Assembly (NCBI GenBank): GCA_030647965.1
Contig: JAUSIT010000016.1
Location: forward strand, 8,429-72,428
From: Nanobdellota archaeon
GTDB taxonomy: Archaea > Nanobdellota > Nanobdellia > Pacearchaeales > GW2011-AR1
Reading direction: 5' to 3'
Length of the DNA stretch: 64,000 nucleotides
Shown: positions 10,365-19,540 of the stretch, one piece after another
Layout: the number at the start of each line of letters is the position of its first letter
Position numbering within the stretch: position 1 is the first letter of the stretch
Notes under the pieces: model-generated
The model's input: only the letters and a program-made list of their open reading frames with translations
Databases searched by the model: none
What the model was told of the DNA's origin: nothing
Program-made: the position numbers and the translations under genes

Positions 10365-10365
10365 A

Positions 10366-10779
10366 ATGGAATATAAAAATCCCGGAGCAACTGTGGATTT
10401 GATTGTTGAAAAAGAAGGCAAAATACTTTTGATTAAAAGAAAAGATGAGCCATTTAAAGAAATGTATGCTCTTCCTGGCGGTTATTTAGAATGTGGAAAA
10501 GAAAATTTAAAACAAGCAGGGGCAAGAGAGTTATATGAAGAAACTAATTTAAGGACTAATTTAGAAAATTTATTTCTTGTAGGAGTTTATTCTGAACCAA
10601 ATAGAGATCCAAGAGGGCACGTAATATCTCATGCTTATTTTGTCAGAGATTACACTGGAGATGCTAAAGCAGGAGATGATGCAAAAGAGCTTGCATGGTT
10701 TGAATTAGATAAACTTCCAAAACTTGCATTTGACCATGATAAAATAATAAATGATTTTTTGAGGTTAAATGGGAGATAA
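10366..10779 (+). CDS. Nudix hydrolase (ADP-ribose pyrophosphatase-like)
   Basis: PGG...RELYEETNL, RDPRGH, AGDDA, LAFDH. Confidence 0.9.
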   Translation: MEYKNPGATVDLIVEKEGKILLIKRKDEPFKEMYALPGGYLECGKENLKQAGARELYEETNLRTNLENLFLVGVYSEPNRDPRGHVISHAYFVRDYTGDAKAGDDAKELAWFELDKLPKLAFDHDKIINDFLRLNGR

Positions 10780-10780
10780 A

Positions 10781-11221
10781 ATGAAATATATAGAATGCCC
10801 TGAAGTTTATAATAAAAAAGGAAATGAAAAATCTTTATTTATTGCTGGGGGCATAACTGAATGTGGAAACTGGCAGAATGATTTTATTGATTCACTAAAA
10901 AATGAAAATCTTATTGTATTAAATCCTAGAAGAAAAAATTTTGATATAAATGATGAAGAAATTTCTATTGCTCAAATAAAATGGGAATATGAACATTTGA
11001 AAAAAGCATCTGCAATTTCTTTTTGGTTTACATCTGAAACTCTTTGCCCAATAACATTATATGAATTAGGAAAAGTACAAGCTAGTAGAAAGCCTGTTTT
11101 TTTAGGAGTTCATCCAGCTTACAAAAGAAAATTTGATTTAGAAGTTCAGACAGGATTGATAAGACCTGAAACTAAAATTGTTTATTCACTAAATGATTTA
11201 TCTAAGCAGGTGATTGAATGA
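10781..11221 (+). CDS. nucleoside 2-deoxyribosyltransferase-like protein
   Basis: SLFIAGGI..C.NWQ, LNPRR, QIKWE, PITLYELG. Confidence 0.8.
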   Translation: MKYIECPEVYNKKGNEKSLFIAGGITECGNWQNDFIDSLKNENLIVLNPRRKNFDINDEEISIAQIKWEYEHLKKASAISFWFTSETLCPITLYELGKVQASRKPVFLGVHPAYKRKFDLEVQTGLIRPETKIVYSLNDLSKQVIE

Positions 11222-11228
11222 AGTGAAA

Positions 11229-12380
11229 ATGACAAATAAAGAAAAATATGAAGCAACTTTGATTGGATGTGCAATTGGAGATGTTTTGGGAATGCCTATT
11301 GAAGGTTGGAAAAGAGAACAGATTAAAAAATATGTTGGAAAAGTTAGAGAGTTTATTGACCCTGTTCTTTTATATGATGAAAAAGGAGAATTGTTAAGAG
11401 AAGATGAATTTGGAAGATTAAAATATTACACAAAAAATCTTAAAAAAGGAGAGTATACTGACGATACAATTTTAACAATTGCAATTGCAGAATCAATTGC
11501 AGAAAAAAAATATCTTGATTTGGATGATAATGCAAAAAAGCAATTAGATGCATTTTTATCTGATAAGTCTCCTGATGGAAAATTCAAGAGCGGATTTGGA
11601 AAAACAACAAAAGATGGATTTTACAATTTATCAAAAGGAATTTCTCCTTTAGAATCAGGAGTTATTGGAGGACCTGGTGCTGCCCCTTCAATGAAAATTT
11701 CTCCTGTTGGATTATATATGAATGCTGTTAAAGATTATGAAAATGGATTGTTATGTCAGAAATGTGGTTAAAACCGCACCCTTTAGGGTGCTCATTTCTG
11801 AGCATCCTAAAAACAAGTGCCAATCAAACCCACACTTTTAAGTGTGGGTGGCACATTGTTTTTTTGATTTTCAGAATTAATTGGAAAAATAACTCATTTA
11901 GATTCTCGTTCAATTGCAGGAGGAGTTGTTCAGGCACATTGCATTTATAGTCTGCTTCAAAATGTTTCTAAAGATGAATTTTTAGATTCTGCATCGTTTA
12001 TATGCGAGAGATTTGAAAAACCAATTTTAAAAGAATATACTCTTTCTGAAAAAGGAAATTTATTAAGCGGAATTGATTGGGTAAAAAATAATTCAGAAGT
12101 TAGTGATGAGGAAGCTTTTAAAGTTTTAAGGAATTCAAGCAATGTTTTTGAATGTCATCCATTTGCATTATTTATGTTTCAGAAATACTGGAATAATCCT
12201 ATTGAAGGCCTTATTGAAACAGTAAATTTCGGTGGGGATTGTGATACTACTGGTGCAATTTATGGTTCTCTTTGTGGTGCTAAAAATGGAATGATTTTTC
12301 CTGCTAAATGGATAGAACCTCTAAAAGACTTTGAAAAAATCAAAAAAATTGCTGATAGAATATTTGAACTTAAAGTTTAA
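11229..12380 (+). pseudogene. ADP-ribosylglycohydrolase interrupted by a 114 bp frame-preserving insertion that contains stops
   Basis: GCAIGDVLGMP and YTDDT in the 5' half; ITHLD and GGDCDTTGAIYG in the 3' half in the same frame; deleting 11755-11868 gives ...ENGLLFSELIGKITHLD... Confidence 0.85.
11755..11868 (+). mobile_element. AT-flanked double-hairpin insertion element (copy in ARH)
   Basis: AT|GTCAGAAATG...CATTTCTGAGCATCCTAAAAAC...GTTTTTTTG|AT; contains the IS605-like hairpin CCCACACTTTTAAGTGTGGG. Confidence 0.8.
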
Positions 12381-12472
12381 TTTATTAATTTGTTATTTTC
12401 TCGTCGGTTTTTATAATTTCTATTTTTCCGCAATTTTCTTAAAATATTATTATCTAATTCTATACCATAATG

Positions 12473-12519
12473 TTTAAATAGTGTATAACATACAATAACT
12501 ATGTGTATAAGTTACACTA
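12473..12519 (+). promoter_or_regulatory. TATA box plus tandem NrtR operator
   Basis: TTTAAATA, TAGTGT-N7-ACAATA (12479-12497), ATGTGT-N7-ACACTA (12501-12519); same 22 bp spacing as at 7370/7392. Confidence 0.8.
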
Positions 12520-12570
12520 AGGTAAGGTAATTTCTACACAAATCAGATAAATTAGACAGAAAACAAAAAA

Positions 12571-13341
12571 ATGAAGCTTGGAAAAGTCGGATTAATAGGA
12601 AGGTTTAAGCCAGTACATAATGGAGCTGCACTTATGCTTGAAACAGTATGTGAAAAAGCAGAAAGTGTGATAATTGGAATAGGCAGCTCAAATAAGTACA
12701 ATGCACGAAATCCTTTTCTGCCTGAAGAATCAGAAGAAATGGTAAGATTAGTTCTTGAAAAATTTTCAAATCAAAAAAATCCTTTAGTTTATTCTGGGAA
12801 TTTTTTGGATGAAGGAAATTCGAGTGAATTTCCTGCCCTGAAAATTAAACAAATTTTCAGTGATCTGAAATTAAAACCAGTAAGCCTACAACCAAATTAT
12901 AAAGAATTGAATTTTAATTTCAGACATTATGAAATCTTGCATGTGCCTGATTTTTCACACATACTCCAATATAGCAACGGAGAAAAATGGAAGGAATATG
13001 TCTGTGGGCAATTTGGAGAGCTGGATAATTTTGTAACTTCAAATGATTTTGTAAAAGAATTACTAAAAGACAGATATAATATAATTCATCCTTCTGAATT
13101 AATTCCAAAAGAAAAGCAAATTTTACTGAAAGCAACAGAGGTAAGGCTTGAAATGGCCAGATTTGGAAATTGGAAAAAATTAGTTCCTGAAAAAATTTCT
13201 GAATATCTTGAAAAAAATAATCTTGTATCAAGATTTCAAAATGAATTTGGATTGCAAACTCTAGCTTTGCTGTCTGAAAATCTTAATTTAAATGAAACAG
13301 AAGATGCTGCAGAAGAAAAATTGCATGCACAGGAGTTATAA
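12571..13341 (+). CDS. NMN adenylyltransferase-like (NadM/NadR-type) with a 52 aa in-frame insertion
   Basis: IGRFKPVHNGA, IGIGSSN..NARNPF, ATEVR; insertion at 12772-12927. Confidence 0.75.
   Translation: MKLGKVGLIGRFKPVHNGAALMLETVCEKAESVIIGIGSSNKYNARNPFLPEESEEMVRLVLEKFSNQKNPLVYSGNFLDEGNSSEFPALKIKQIFSDLKLKPVSLQPNYKELNFNFRHYEILHVPDFSHILQYSNGEKWKEYVCGQFGELDNFVTSNDFVKELLKDRYNIIHPSELIPKEKQILLKATEVRLEMARFGNWKKLVPEKISEYLEKNNLVSRFQNEFGLQTLALLSENLNLNETEDAAEEKLHAQEL
12772..12927 (-). mobile_element. AT-flanked hairpin insertion element (copy in NMNAT-like gene)
   Basis: reverse strand reads AT|GTCTGAAATT...AATTTCAGA...CATCCAAAAAA...TTTTTTTG|AT; 156 bp; removal gives FSNYEILHVPDF. Confidence 0.75.
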
Positions 13342-14135
13342 TGGCAACAATAGGAAATTATAGAGTTTTAACTCAAATTGGAGAGGGCGGATTTGGAAGA
13401 GTTTTTCAGGCAGAACATTTAGTTCTTGGAGAAAAAGCATGTTTAAAACAAAATATAAACAGTTCTGTAGAAGATGTTGAATTATTAAAGCACGAAGTAA
13501 AACTACTTTGGAATTTAGATGAATATCATTCTATTCCTTCTGTAAAAGATTTTATCCAATTAGACAGGACAAATGCAGTGCTTGTTATGAAATATATAGA
13601 CGGAAAAACTTTGGAAGATATTGTTGAAAAAAAAGGTCCTCTATATCCTGAAGATGCATGTTGGATAACAGAAAGATTGCTTGGAGCATTATTTTATGCT
13701 CATTGTTATGGGACTATTCATTCTGATGTTAAACCTCAAAATGTATTTGTTGAACCAAGAAAACATGATATTAAATTAATTGATTTTGGATTGGCAAGTT
13801 ACAAGCCAGGCAGCCATACTAAACCTGCAGGTTATACCCCAAAATATGCTGCACCAGAACTAGTTAATGGAAATCCTCCAATTCCTCAAACAGATCTTTA
13901 TGGAGTTGGAATGGTAATGTTAAGAGCTTTAGGAGGGGATATTGCAAAAAAAAGTTTTAGAAGCGATACTCCTGAAGAAATCACTGAATTTTGCAATGAA
14001 TTATTGAGATATAATCCTCTTGAAAGGCCATCGTGGGAAAAAAATAATCCTTTAGAGAGATTAGCTAATGTTCGTGAGAAAGTTTTCGGAAGAAGACATT
14101 CCAGCGATGATAAACTGAAAGGAGGTGGAATGTAA
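13341..14135 (+). CDS. Hanks-type Ser/Thr protein kinase
   Basis: GEGGFGRV, CLK, HSDVKPQN, DFG, YAAPE, DLYGVG. Confidence 0.93.
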   Translation: MATIGNYRVLTQIGEGGFGRVFQAEHLVLGEKACLKQNINSSVEDVELLKHEVKLLWNLDEYHSIPSVKDFIQLDRTNAVLVMKYIDGKTLEDIVEKKGPLYPEDACWITERLLGALFYAHCYGTIHSDVKPQNVFVEPRKHDIKLIDFGLASYKPGSHTKPAGYTPKYAAPELVNGNPPIPQTDLYGVGMVMLRALGGDIAKKSFRSDTPEEITEFCNELLRYNPLERPSWEKNNPLERLANVREKVFGRRHSSDDKLKGGGM

Positions 14136-14136
14136 A

Positions 14137-15099
14137 ATGTATGCATGGGGCGGCTCAACAGCAGATTGGGCAGGAAAAAGTAAATATGACTTTGGCTCTG
14201 CAAGAGCAAGATATGACAAAATTGCAGCAACTGCAGCATCAAGAACTTATACAAGAAGAAACGAGCCAGATATGGCTCTTGTTGATGCAAGAGGAAAAAC
14301 ACTTACAAGTGAAAGTGAAAATCCTTTAATAATTGCAGTAGATGTTACTGGTTCAATGGCAGAATGGCCTGCTGAAATTTTTGACAGGTTGCCTTTGTTA
14401 TATCAAACTCTTGGCAAATATAGGCCAGATTTAGATATAGTATTTGCAGCAATTGGGGATGCAACATGTGATTCATATCCTTTGCAAGTAAATGATTTTG
14501 CAAAAGACACAGGTGAGTTAGAAAAAAAACTAAAAGCACTTGGATGTGAGGGCGGCGGAGGCGGCCATATCACAGAGAGTTATGAATTATTTGGCTATTT
14601 TATGCAAGAGCATTGTAATACTCCAAAAGCAAAATCTCCATTTTTATTAATATATGGAGATGAAGCTTTTTATGACAAAGTAGACCCAAGGCAAGTTAAG
14701 CATTATATCGGAGATGATTTGCAGTCTCCATTAGATACCAAAGAAGTATGGCAAAATTTAATGCAGAAATACAATGTGTATTATATGCAAAAACCATATG
14801 GTGGTGGATATGATTCCAGCACTACTCAAAAAGTTAAAGAGCTTTGGGGAGATGCTTTGGGAAAAGAGAGAATTATACAGTTGCCAAGCATGGAGAGAGC
14901 AGTAGATGTTGCAATAGGATTAATTGCAAAGCAATGGGGGGAATTTAGCGATTTTAAGCTAAGCATGGACGCAAGACATGATGACCCTAGCCTTAAAGAT
15001 TCTGTATATAAATCTCTAAGACATATTGACGCAGATCCTGCACCAACTTCAGTAATGGCTAAAACAGGTTCAGTAAAAACCAAGTCATTATTGAGTTAA
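14137..15099 (+). CDS. vWA-domain protein
   Basis: MIDAS-like DVTGSM, AIGDA, GGGGG..ESYE, YGDE. Confidence 0.8.
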   Translation: MYAWGGSTADWAGKSKYDFGSARARYDKIAATAASRTYTRRNEPDMALVDARGKTLTSESENPLIIAVDVTGSMAEWPAEIFDRLPLLYQTLGKYRPDLDIVFAAIGDATCDSYPLQVNDFAKDTGELEKKLKALGCEGGGGGHITESYELFGYFMQEHCNTPKAKSPFLLIYGDEAFYDKVDPRQVKHYIGDDLQSPLDTKEVWQNLMQKYNVYYMQKPYGGGYDSSTTQKVKELWGDALGKERIIQLPSMERAVDVAIGLIAKQWGEFSDFKLSMDARHDDPSLKDSVYKSLRHIDADPAPTSVMAKTGSVKTKSLLS

Positions 15100-15203
15100 A
15101 TTTAAAGAAAAAATTTATTTTTTTATTTTTTTATTTTAATTAAGCAAGAAGAAATTAAACAAGACAGAGATATCAAAAAAATGAAACAAACAAAACAAGC
15201 AAA

Positions 15204-16112
15204 ATGAAGAAAACAATAAATGCAATTGTGACAATGCCACCATATGCACCATTTATAGACGAGGTTATAGAACATCCTCTTGTAAAAGGAATAAGGCTCA
15301 ATATAGTTATGCCTATAAAAAAAGATAAAAGAGAAGAATTATTGAAAGGCCTTTATGAAAAAACAAAAAACAAAAATAAGGAATTGTGGCTTGATTTAAA
15401 ATGCAGGCAGTTAAGAACTGAAAATTATGGAGTTCCTCCATTTACAGAAATTGAATTGAGCCATAAAATACAGGTTTATACTCCATGCAAAGCATATTTT
15501 TCAGATAGAAGCATAAGTGCAACTATTTTAGAAGTTGATGGAAATAAATTAATAATGCAAGAAGGTCCAAAAAGAGTTATTGGGCCAGGGGAGTCTGTAA
15601 CAATTCCTCATCCGACACTTCAGATTGAAGGCTATTTAACAGACAAAGATAAAGAGTATATTGAAACCGGAAATAAAATTGGGCTTAAGAATTATATGCT
15701 CTCTTTTGTTGAAAAAAAAGAAGATATCGAAGAATTAAAAAAATACTGCAAAGATGCAACTATAATTTCTAAGATAGAATCTCAAAAAGGTATTGATAAT
15801 CTCAAGGAAATTAATACTAGATTAATGGCTGCACGGGGAGATTTGTATATGGAGCTTAATTGGCCTCATGAAATAATTTTTGCAGTTGAAAAAATTCTTG
15901 CAAAAGATGAAAATGCAATGGTCGCTTCAAGAATTTTTTCCTCCCTAGAAGAAAGGCTAGAGCCATCATGTGAAGATTTAGGGGATGTAGATAATCTTTT
16001 GAGAATGGGATATAAAACTTTTATGTTCGGAGATGACATTTGCTTTAAAAAAGATTCTATAATTGGTGCATTGAATTTGCTTTCAATAATGGCAAGGAGG
16101 TATGTGGGATAA
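15204..16112 (+). CDS. pyruvate-kinase-like barrel protein (no C domain)
   Basis: IRLN, LDLK, LSFV, SKIES.KG, MAARGDL; only 302 aa. Confidence 0.75.
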   Translation: MKKTINAIVTMPPYAPFIDEVIEHPLVKGIRLNIVMPIKKDKREELLKGLYEKTKNKNKELWLDLKCRQLRTENYGVPPFTEIELSHKIQVYTPCKAYFSDRSISATILEVDGNKLIMQEGPKRVIGPGESVTIPHPTLQIEGYLTDKDKEYIETGNKIGLKNYMLSFVEKKEDIEELKKYCKDATIISKIESQKGIDNLKEINTRLMAARGDLYMELNWPHEIIFAVEKILAKDENAMVASRIFSSLEERLEPSCEDLGDVDNLLRMGYKTFMFGDDICFKKDSIIGALNLLSIMARRYVG

Positions 16113-16113
16113 A

Positions 16114-16373
16114 TATTGCACTATGAAAAGTAATATTGCTACATAAAAATATTATCATTAAACTCTTTAAGTAATGCTACCAGTACGGGAAAAAATTTTG
16201 CTCTTGTATCTTTATGTTATATATTATAAGAGCAAAATTTTTTGTTAGACAAGAAACAGGGTTAAGGCTTGTTCAACATTATTATCTCATCAGGTATTAA
16301 TTAATGGTGATTGTCGCTAGACAATCTTAGTATAATTGCTTGTTAAAGCAAACTATCTCAACGTAGTTGCATA
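16114..16373 (-). mobile_element. MITE-like repeat, copy 2
   Basis: similar to copy 1; imperfect terminal inverted repeats ATATTGCACTATG / CGTAGTTGCATAT. Confidence 0.75.
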
Positions 16374-16437
16374 TCAAGTTTAGTAATTTACCTAACTCTC
16401 GCATAAAATTCATAAACACAAAAAACATTAGTATAAC

Positions 16438-17010
16438 ATGAAAAAAATAGCAATTTTTGGAGGAAGTTTTAATCCAATACATAACAGTCATGTAAATATA
16501 GTAAAAAATTTAATTGATTCTAAAATAGTTGATGAAGTCTGGATTTTACCATGCAGAAAACATGTTTTTAATAAAACTCTTGCAAAAGAAAAAGATAGAG
16601 TTAAAATGATTAAATTAGCCTTAGAAAATATAAAAAATGTTAAAATTTGCAATATTGAATTAAAATCAAAAGAAAAAAGTTATACTATAAAAACTCTTAG
16701 AAGAATAAAAAGGAAATTTGGGAAAAAATATAAATTTTTTATTATAATTGGTTCTGATATTATTTATGAAGTAAAAAAATGGTATAAATATCAAGAACTG
16801 TTTAATGAGGTTGAATTTATTGTATTTAAAAGAAAGGGATATTTAATTAAAAAAGTGAACGGCATGAAGATTTACCATATTATTAATAAAAAAGAAAGTG
16901 GGCTTTCTTCAACAGAAATTAGGAAAAGAGCAATGCAGGGCAAATCTTTTAAAGCGCTTGTTCCAGTAAAAGTTAGTAAATATATACTCGAGAAGAAGTT
17001 ATACCTATGA
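16438..17010 (+). CDS. nadD: nicotinate-nucleotide adenylyltransferase
   Basis: FGGSFNPIHNSH, SYTIKTL, IIGSD, LSSTEIR. Confidence 0.92.
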   Translation: MKKIAIFGGSFNPIHNSHVNIVKNLIDSKIVDEVWILPCRKHVFNKTLAKEKDRVKMIKLALENIKNVKICNIELKSKEKSYTIKTLRRIKRKFGKKYKFFIIIGSDIIYEVKKWYKYQELFNEVEFIVFKRKGYLIKKVNGMKIYHIINKKESGLSSTEIRKRAMQGKSFKALVPVKVSKYILEKKLYL

Positions 17011-17879
17011 AAATACAAACATTTACAATTGTTGCAGGAACTGCAGCATGCAATGCAAAATGCCCATATTGTGTTTCAAAAATGACTCCTCATCAAGGAG
17101 TTGGATTTGAAAAGCCTGTTGTAAACTGGCTTAATTTTGACAAAGCATGCAGGCTTGCACAAATCAGCAATGTCAGCACTGTTTTAATTACTGGAAAGGG
17201 TGAGCCAACATTATACCCTGAACAAATTACAGAATTTCTTAAAAGATTAAAAAAATTTGATTTTCCTTTAATTGAAATTCAGACAAATGCTCTTTCTTTT
17301 GGCAAAGATTTCAAAAAATATGAAAAACATCTTAAACAATGGAGAGAATTGGGATTAAACACAATTGCAATTTCTTTTGTTAGTGATAAAAAAGAAGAAA
17401 ATAAAAAAATTTATACTCCTGATTCAGATTATATTGATTTAGAAGATACTATAAAAAAATTACATAATCTTGGATTTTCTATCAGATTAAGCTGCATCAT
17501 GCTAAAGGGAGTTATGGATAGTGTTGAAAAAGTAAAAAAATTAGCTGAAAATGCAAAAAAATGGAATGTTGAACAACTAACTGTTCGTTCTGTAAAAGCA
17601 TCTGATTATTCTGAAGATAGTGATGTTTACAAATATGCAAAAGAACACGAACTTAGTGATGGACAAATTTTAGATATAGGAAAATTTCTTGAGAAAAATG
17701 CAAAAAAATTAATGACACTAGACCACGGAGCAGTTGTATATGATTTAGACGGACAAAATATATGCATAACAGATTGTTTAACTATAAAATCAAATACAGA
17801 AGAATTAAGACAGTTAATATTTTTCCCAGATGGACATTTAAGATATGATTGGAGATATGCTGGCGCAGTGATTATATAA
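17007..17879 (+). CDS. radical SAM protein
   Basis: CNAKCPYC, TGKGEP, IQTNA; ATGA overlap with nadD. Confidence 0.9.
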   Translation: MKIQTFTIVAGTAACNAKCPYCVSKMTPHQGVGFEKPVVNWLNFDKACRLAQISNVSTVLITGKGEPTLYPEQITEFLKRLKKFDFPLIEIQTNALSFGKDFKKYEKHLKQWRELGLNTIAISFVSDKKEENKKIYTPDSDYIDLEDTIKKLHNLGFSIRLSCIMLKGVMDSVEKVKKLAENAKKWNVEQLTVRSVKASDYSEDSDVYKYAKEHELSDGQILDIGKFLEKNAKKLMTLDHGAVVYDLDGQNICITDCLTIKSNTEELRQLIFFPDGHLRYDWRYAGAVII

Positions 17880-17887
17880 TACAAAAC

Positions 17888-18088
17888 TATAAAATTTACA
17901 CTTGCAAATTATTGCACTTCGTTAAAATACTAGGTCGCTTAGTGGCTCCTATCTATTAATTAATAAATCGTGATTGAAAAAGTTTCGCCCTTATATTCTT
18001 AGGTTATTTATTGTAAGAGTAAAACTTTTTTGTTAGACAATTATATTATCCTTGTTCAGTGAACAAACTATTTCAACGCAGTTGCATA
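17888..18088 (-). mobile_element. MITE-like repeat, copy 3
   Basis: imperfect TIRs TATTGCACTTCGTTAAAATA vs TATGCAACTGCGTTGAAATA (reverse complement of the right end). Confidence 0.75.
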
Positions 18089-18123
18089 TGAGGTCTTTAA
18101 ATTTATATCATAGATAGAATAAA

Positions 18124-18153
18124 TTTAAATAGCTTATTGTAATAATAACACTA
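18124..18153 (+). promoter_or_regulatory. TATA box plus single NrtR box (autoregulation)
   Basis: TTTAAATA then TATTGT-aataata-ACACTA (18135-18153) immediately before the nrtR ATG. Confidence 0.75.
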
Positions 18154-18154
18154 T

Positions 18155-18817
18155 ATGGAAAAAGAGTTTGAAAAGCCTTCTGTAACTGTTGACATAGTTA
18201 TTTTTACTGTATTTGAAAAAGAGTTAAAAGTTCTTCTTGTAAAAAGAAATATTGAGCCATTTAAGGGCATGTGGGCGATTCCTGGGGGGTTTGTAAGAAT
18301 GAATGAATCTTTGGAAGATGCTGCAAAAAGAGAGCTATCTGAAGAAACTGGTGTAAAAGATGTTTATCTTGAACAACTTTATACATTTGGAGATATAAAA
18401 AGAGATCCTCGAGGGAGAGTTATTACTGTTTCTTATTATGCTTTAGTAAAGCCAGAAGGAATAAAATTAAGTGCTTCAACAGATGTATCAGAAGCAAAAT
18501 GGTTTTCTATTTCTAAAATACCTAAACTTGCATTTGACCATAAAAAAATATTGGAATATGCTTTAAAGAGATTAAAATGGAAATTTGAATATAGTTTGAC
18601 TGCTTTTTCACTTTTACCTGAAAAATTTACATTAGGTCAGATTCAAAATATATATGAAATTGTTTTTGAGAAAAAATTTGACAAAAGAAACTTTGCCAAG
18701 AAATTAAAGTCCCTTAATATTTTAAAAACAGAAACAATTGAAAAAAATGTTTCATTTAGGCCCCCTCAAACATATTCATTGAAAAAAGATATAAAAGAAG
18801 TTATTGAGATTTTGTAG
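18155..18817 (+). CDS. nrtR: NrtR Nudix-related transcriptional regulator
   Basis: Nudix domain (PGGFV...[19 protein letters not shown]) plus C-terminal wHTH (FTL...FDKRNF...RPP). Confidence 0.9.
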   Translation: MEKEFEKPSVTVDIVIFTVFEKELKVLLVKRNIEPFKGMWAIPGGFVRMNESLEDAAKRELSEETGVKDVYLEQLYTFGDIKRDPRGRVITVSYYALVKPEGIKLSASTDVSEAKWFSISKIPKLAFDHKKILEYALKRLKWKFEYSLTAFSLLPEKFTLGQIQNIYEIVFEKKFDKRNFAKKLKSLNILKTETIEKNVSFRPPQTYSLKKDIKEVIEIL

Positions 18818-18854
18818 GATTAGGGAAATAGATGGTGAGAGCTGATTAAATTGA

Positions 18855-19259
18855 CTAATTAATAACAAAAGTATTTTTTATTCTCTCAGACTTACCCCAG
18901 TATCTTAAGAAGAACGCTGCAAGAATTATCCCCATCAAATTACCTAATGGGTCTCCACTGATAAAAAAAGATATTGCTTGAAGAACAATTATCATAATCA
19001 AAAATGATTTATTGACTTTTTTTGCATTTTTCTTTTTAGCAAGAATGCTATAAACACAATAAGTTCCTAAGACGAATATTCCTCCAAAATAAACTAAATG
19101 ACCTGCAATTATTCCAACTTCTTCGGTCGTTGTTATGTTGGACTGGATAATCTTTTCTATCAACAAAAATAAAGAACCTAAAGATAATAGGATAATTAAT
19201 ATTAGATAGACAAGTAGCCATCCCTTAATTCCAGTAATCCTCTTTGCTTTTTCAGGCAT
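18855..19259 (-). CDS. membrane protein (DUF2569-like)
   Basis: GIKGWLL N-terminus, four TM segments, Y..KSERIKNTF C-terminus. Confidence 0.65.
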   Translation of the reverse strand: MPEKAKRITGIKGWLLVYLILIILLSLGSLFLLIEKIIQSNITTTEEVGIIAGHLVYFGGIFVLGTYCVYSILAKKKNAKKVNKSFLIMIIVLQAISFFISGDPLGNLMGIILAAFFLRYWGKSERIKNTFVIN

Positions 19260-19374
19260 GAATATTTCAGTAGTTCTTTATTTTTAAATCCTGCGAAAAT
19301 GGAAAATACGGACACTTAATGCACTAGAAAAAGTTAAAAGACATATTTATAAATTATAATCTTCTTAAATATTA

Positions 19375-19539
19375 ATGGAAAAGAGTGTGTATGAAATTGC
19401 AGGGGAACCGGGTATTGTTTTTGTTTTAGCTTTTATAATATTCTCATTTGTTTTTAAATTGAAACCAATTACTACTTTAGTTTTAAGTGTAATCTTGGGA
19501 GGGGTTGTTTGGTTTGTTCGGCAACAAACAAAAAAATAA
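19375..19539 (+). CDS. small membrane protein
   Basis: 54 aa ORF below the track cutoff, two hydrophobic stretches, TTTATAAA upstream. Confidence 0.5.
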   Translation: MEKSVYEIAGEPGIVFVLAFIIFSFVFKLKPITTLVLSVILGGVVWFVRQQTKK

Positions 19540-19540
19540 A

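Noticed and set aside
11769-11867. Stop-codon recoding or alternative genetic code in ARH
   Set aside because: Both TAA and TGA occur, only within the insert, and neighbouring genes end normally at TAA/TGA
11753-11950. 65 aa ORF MSEMWLKPHP...
   Set aside because: Spurious frame across the insertion element and the ARH 3' half
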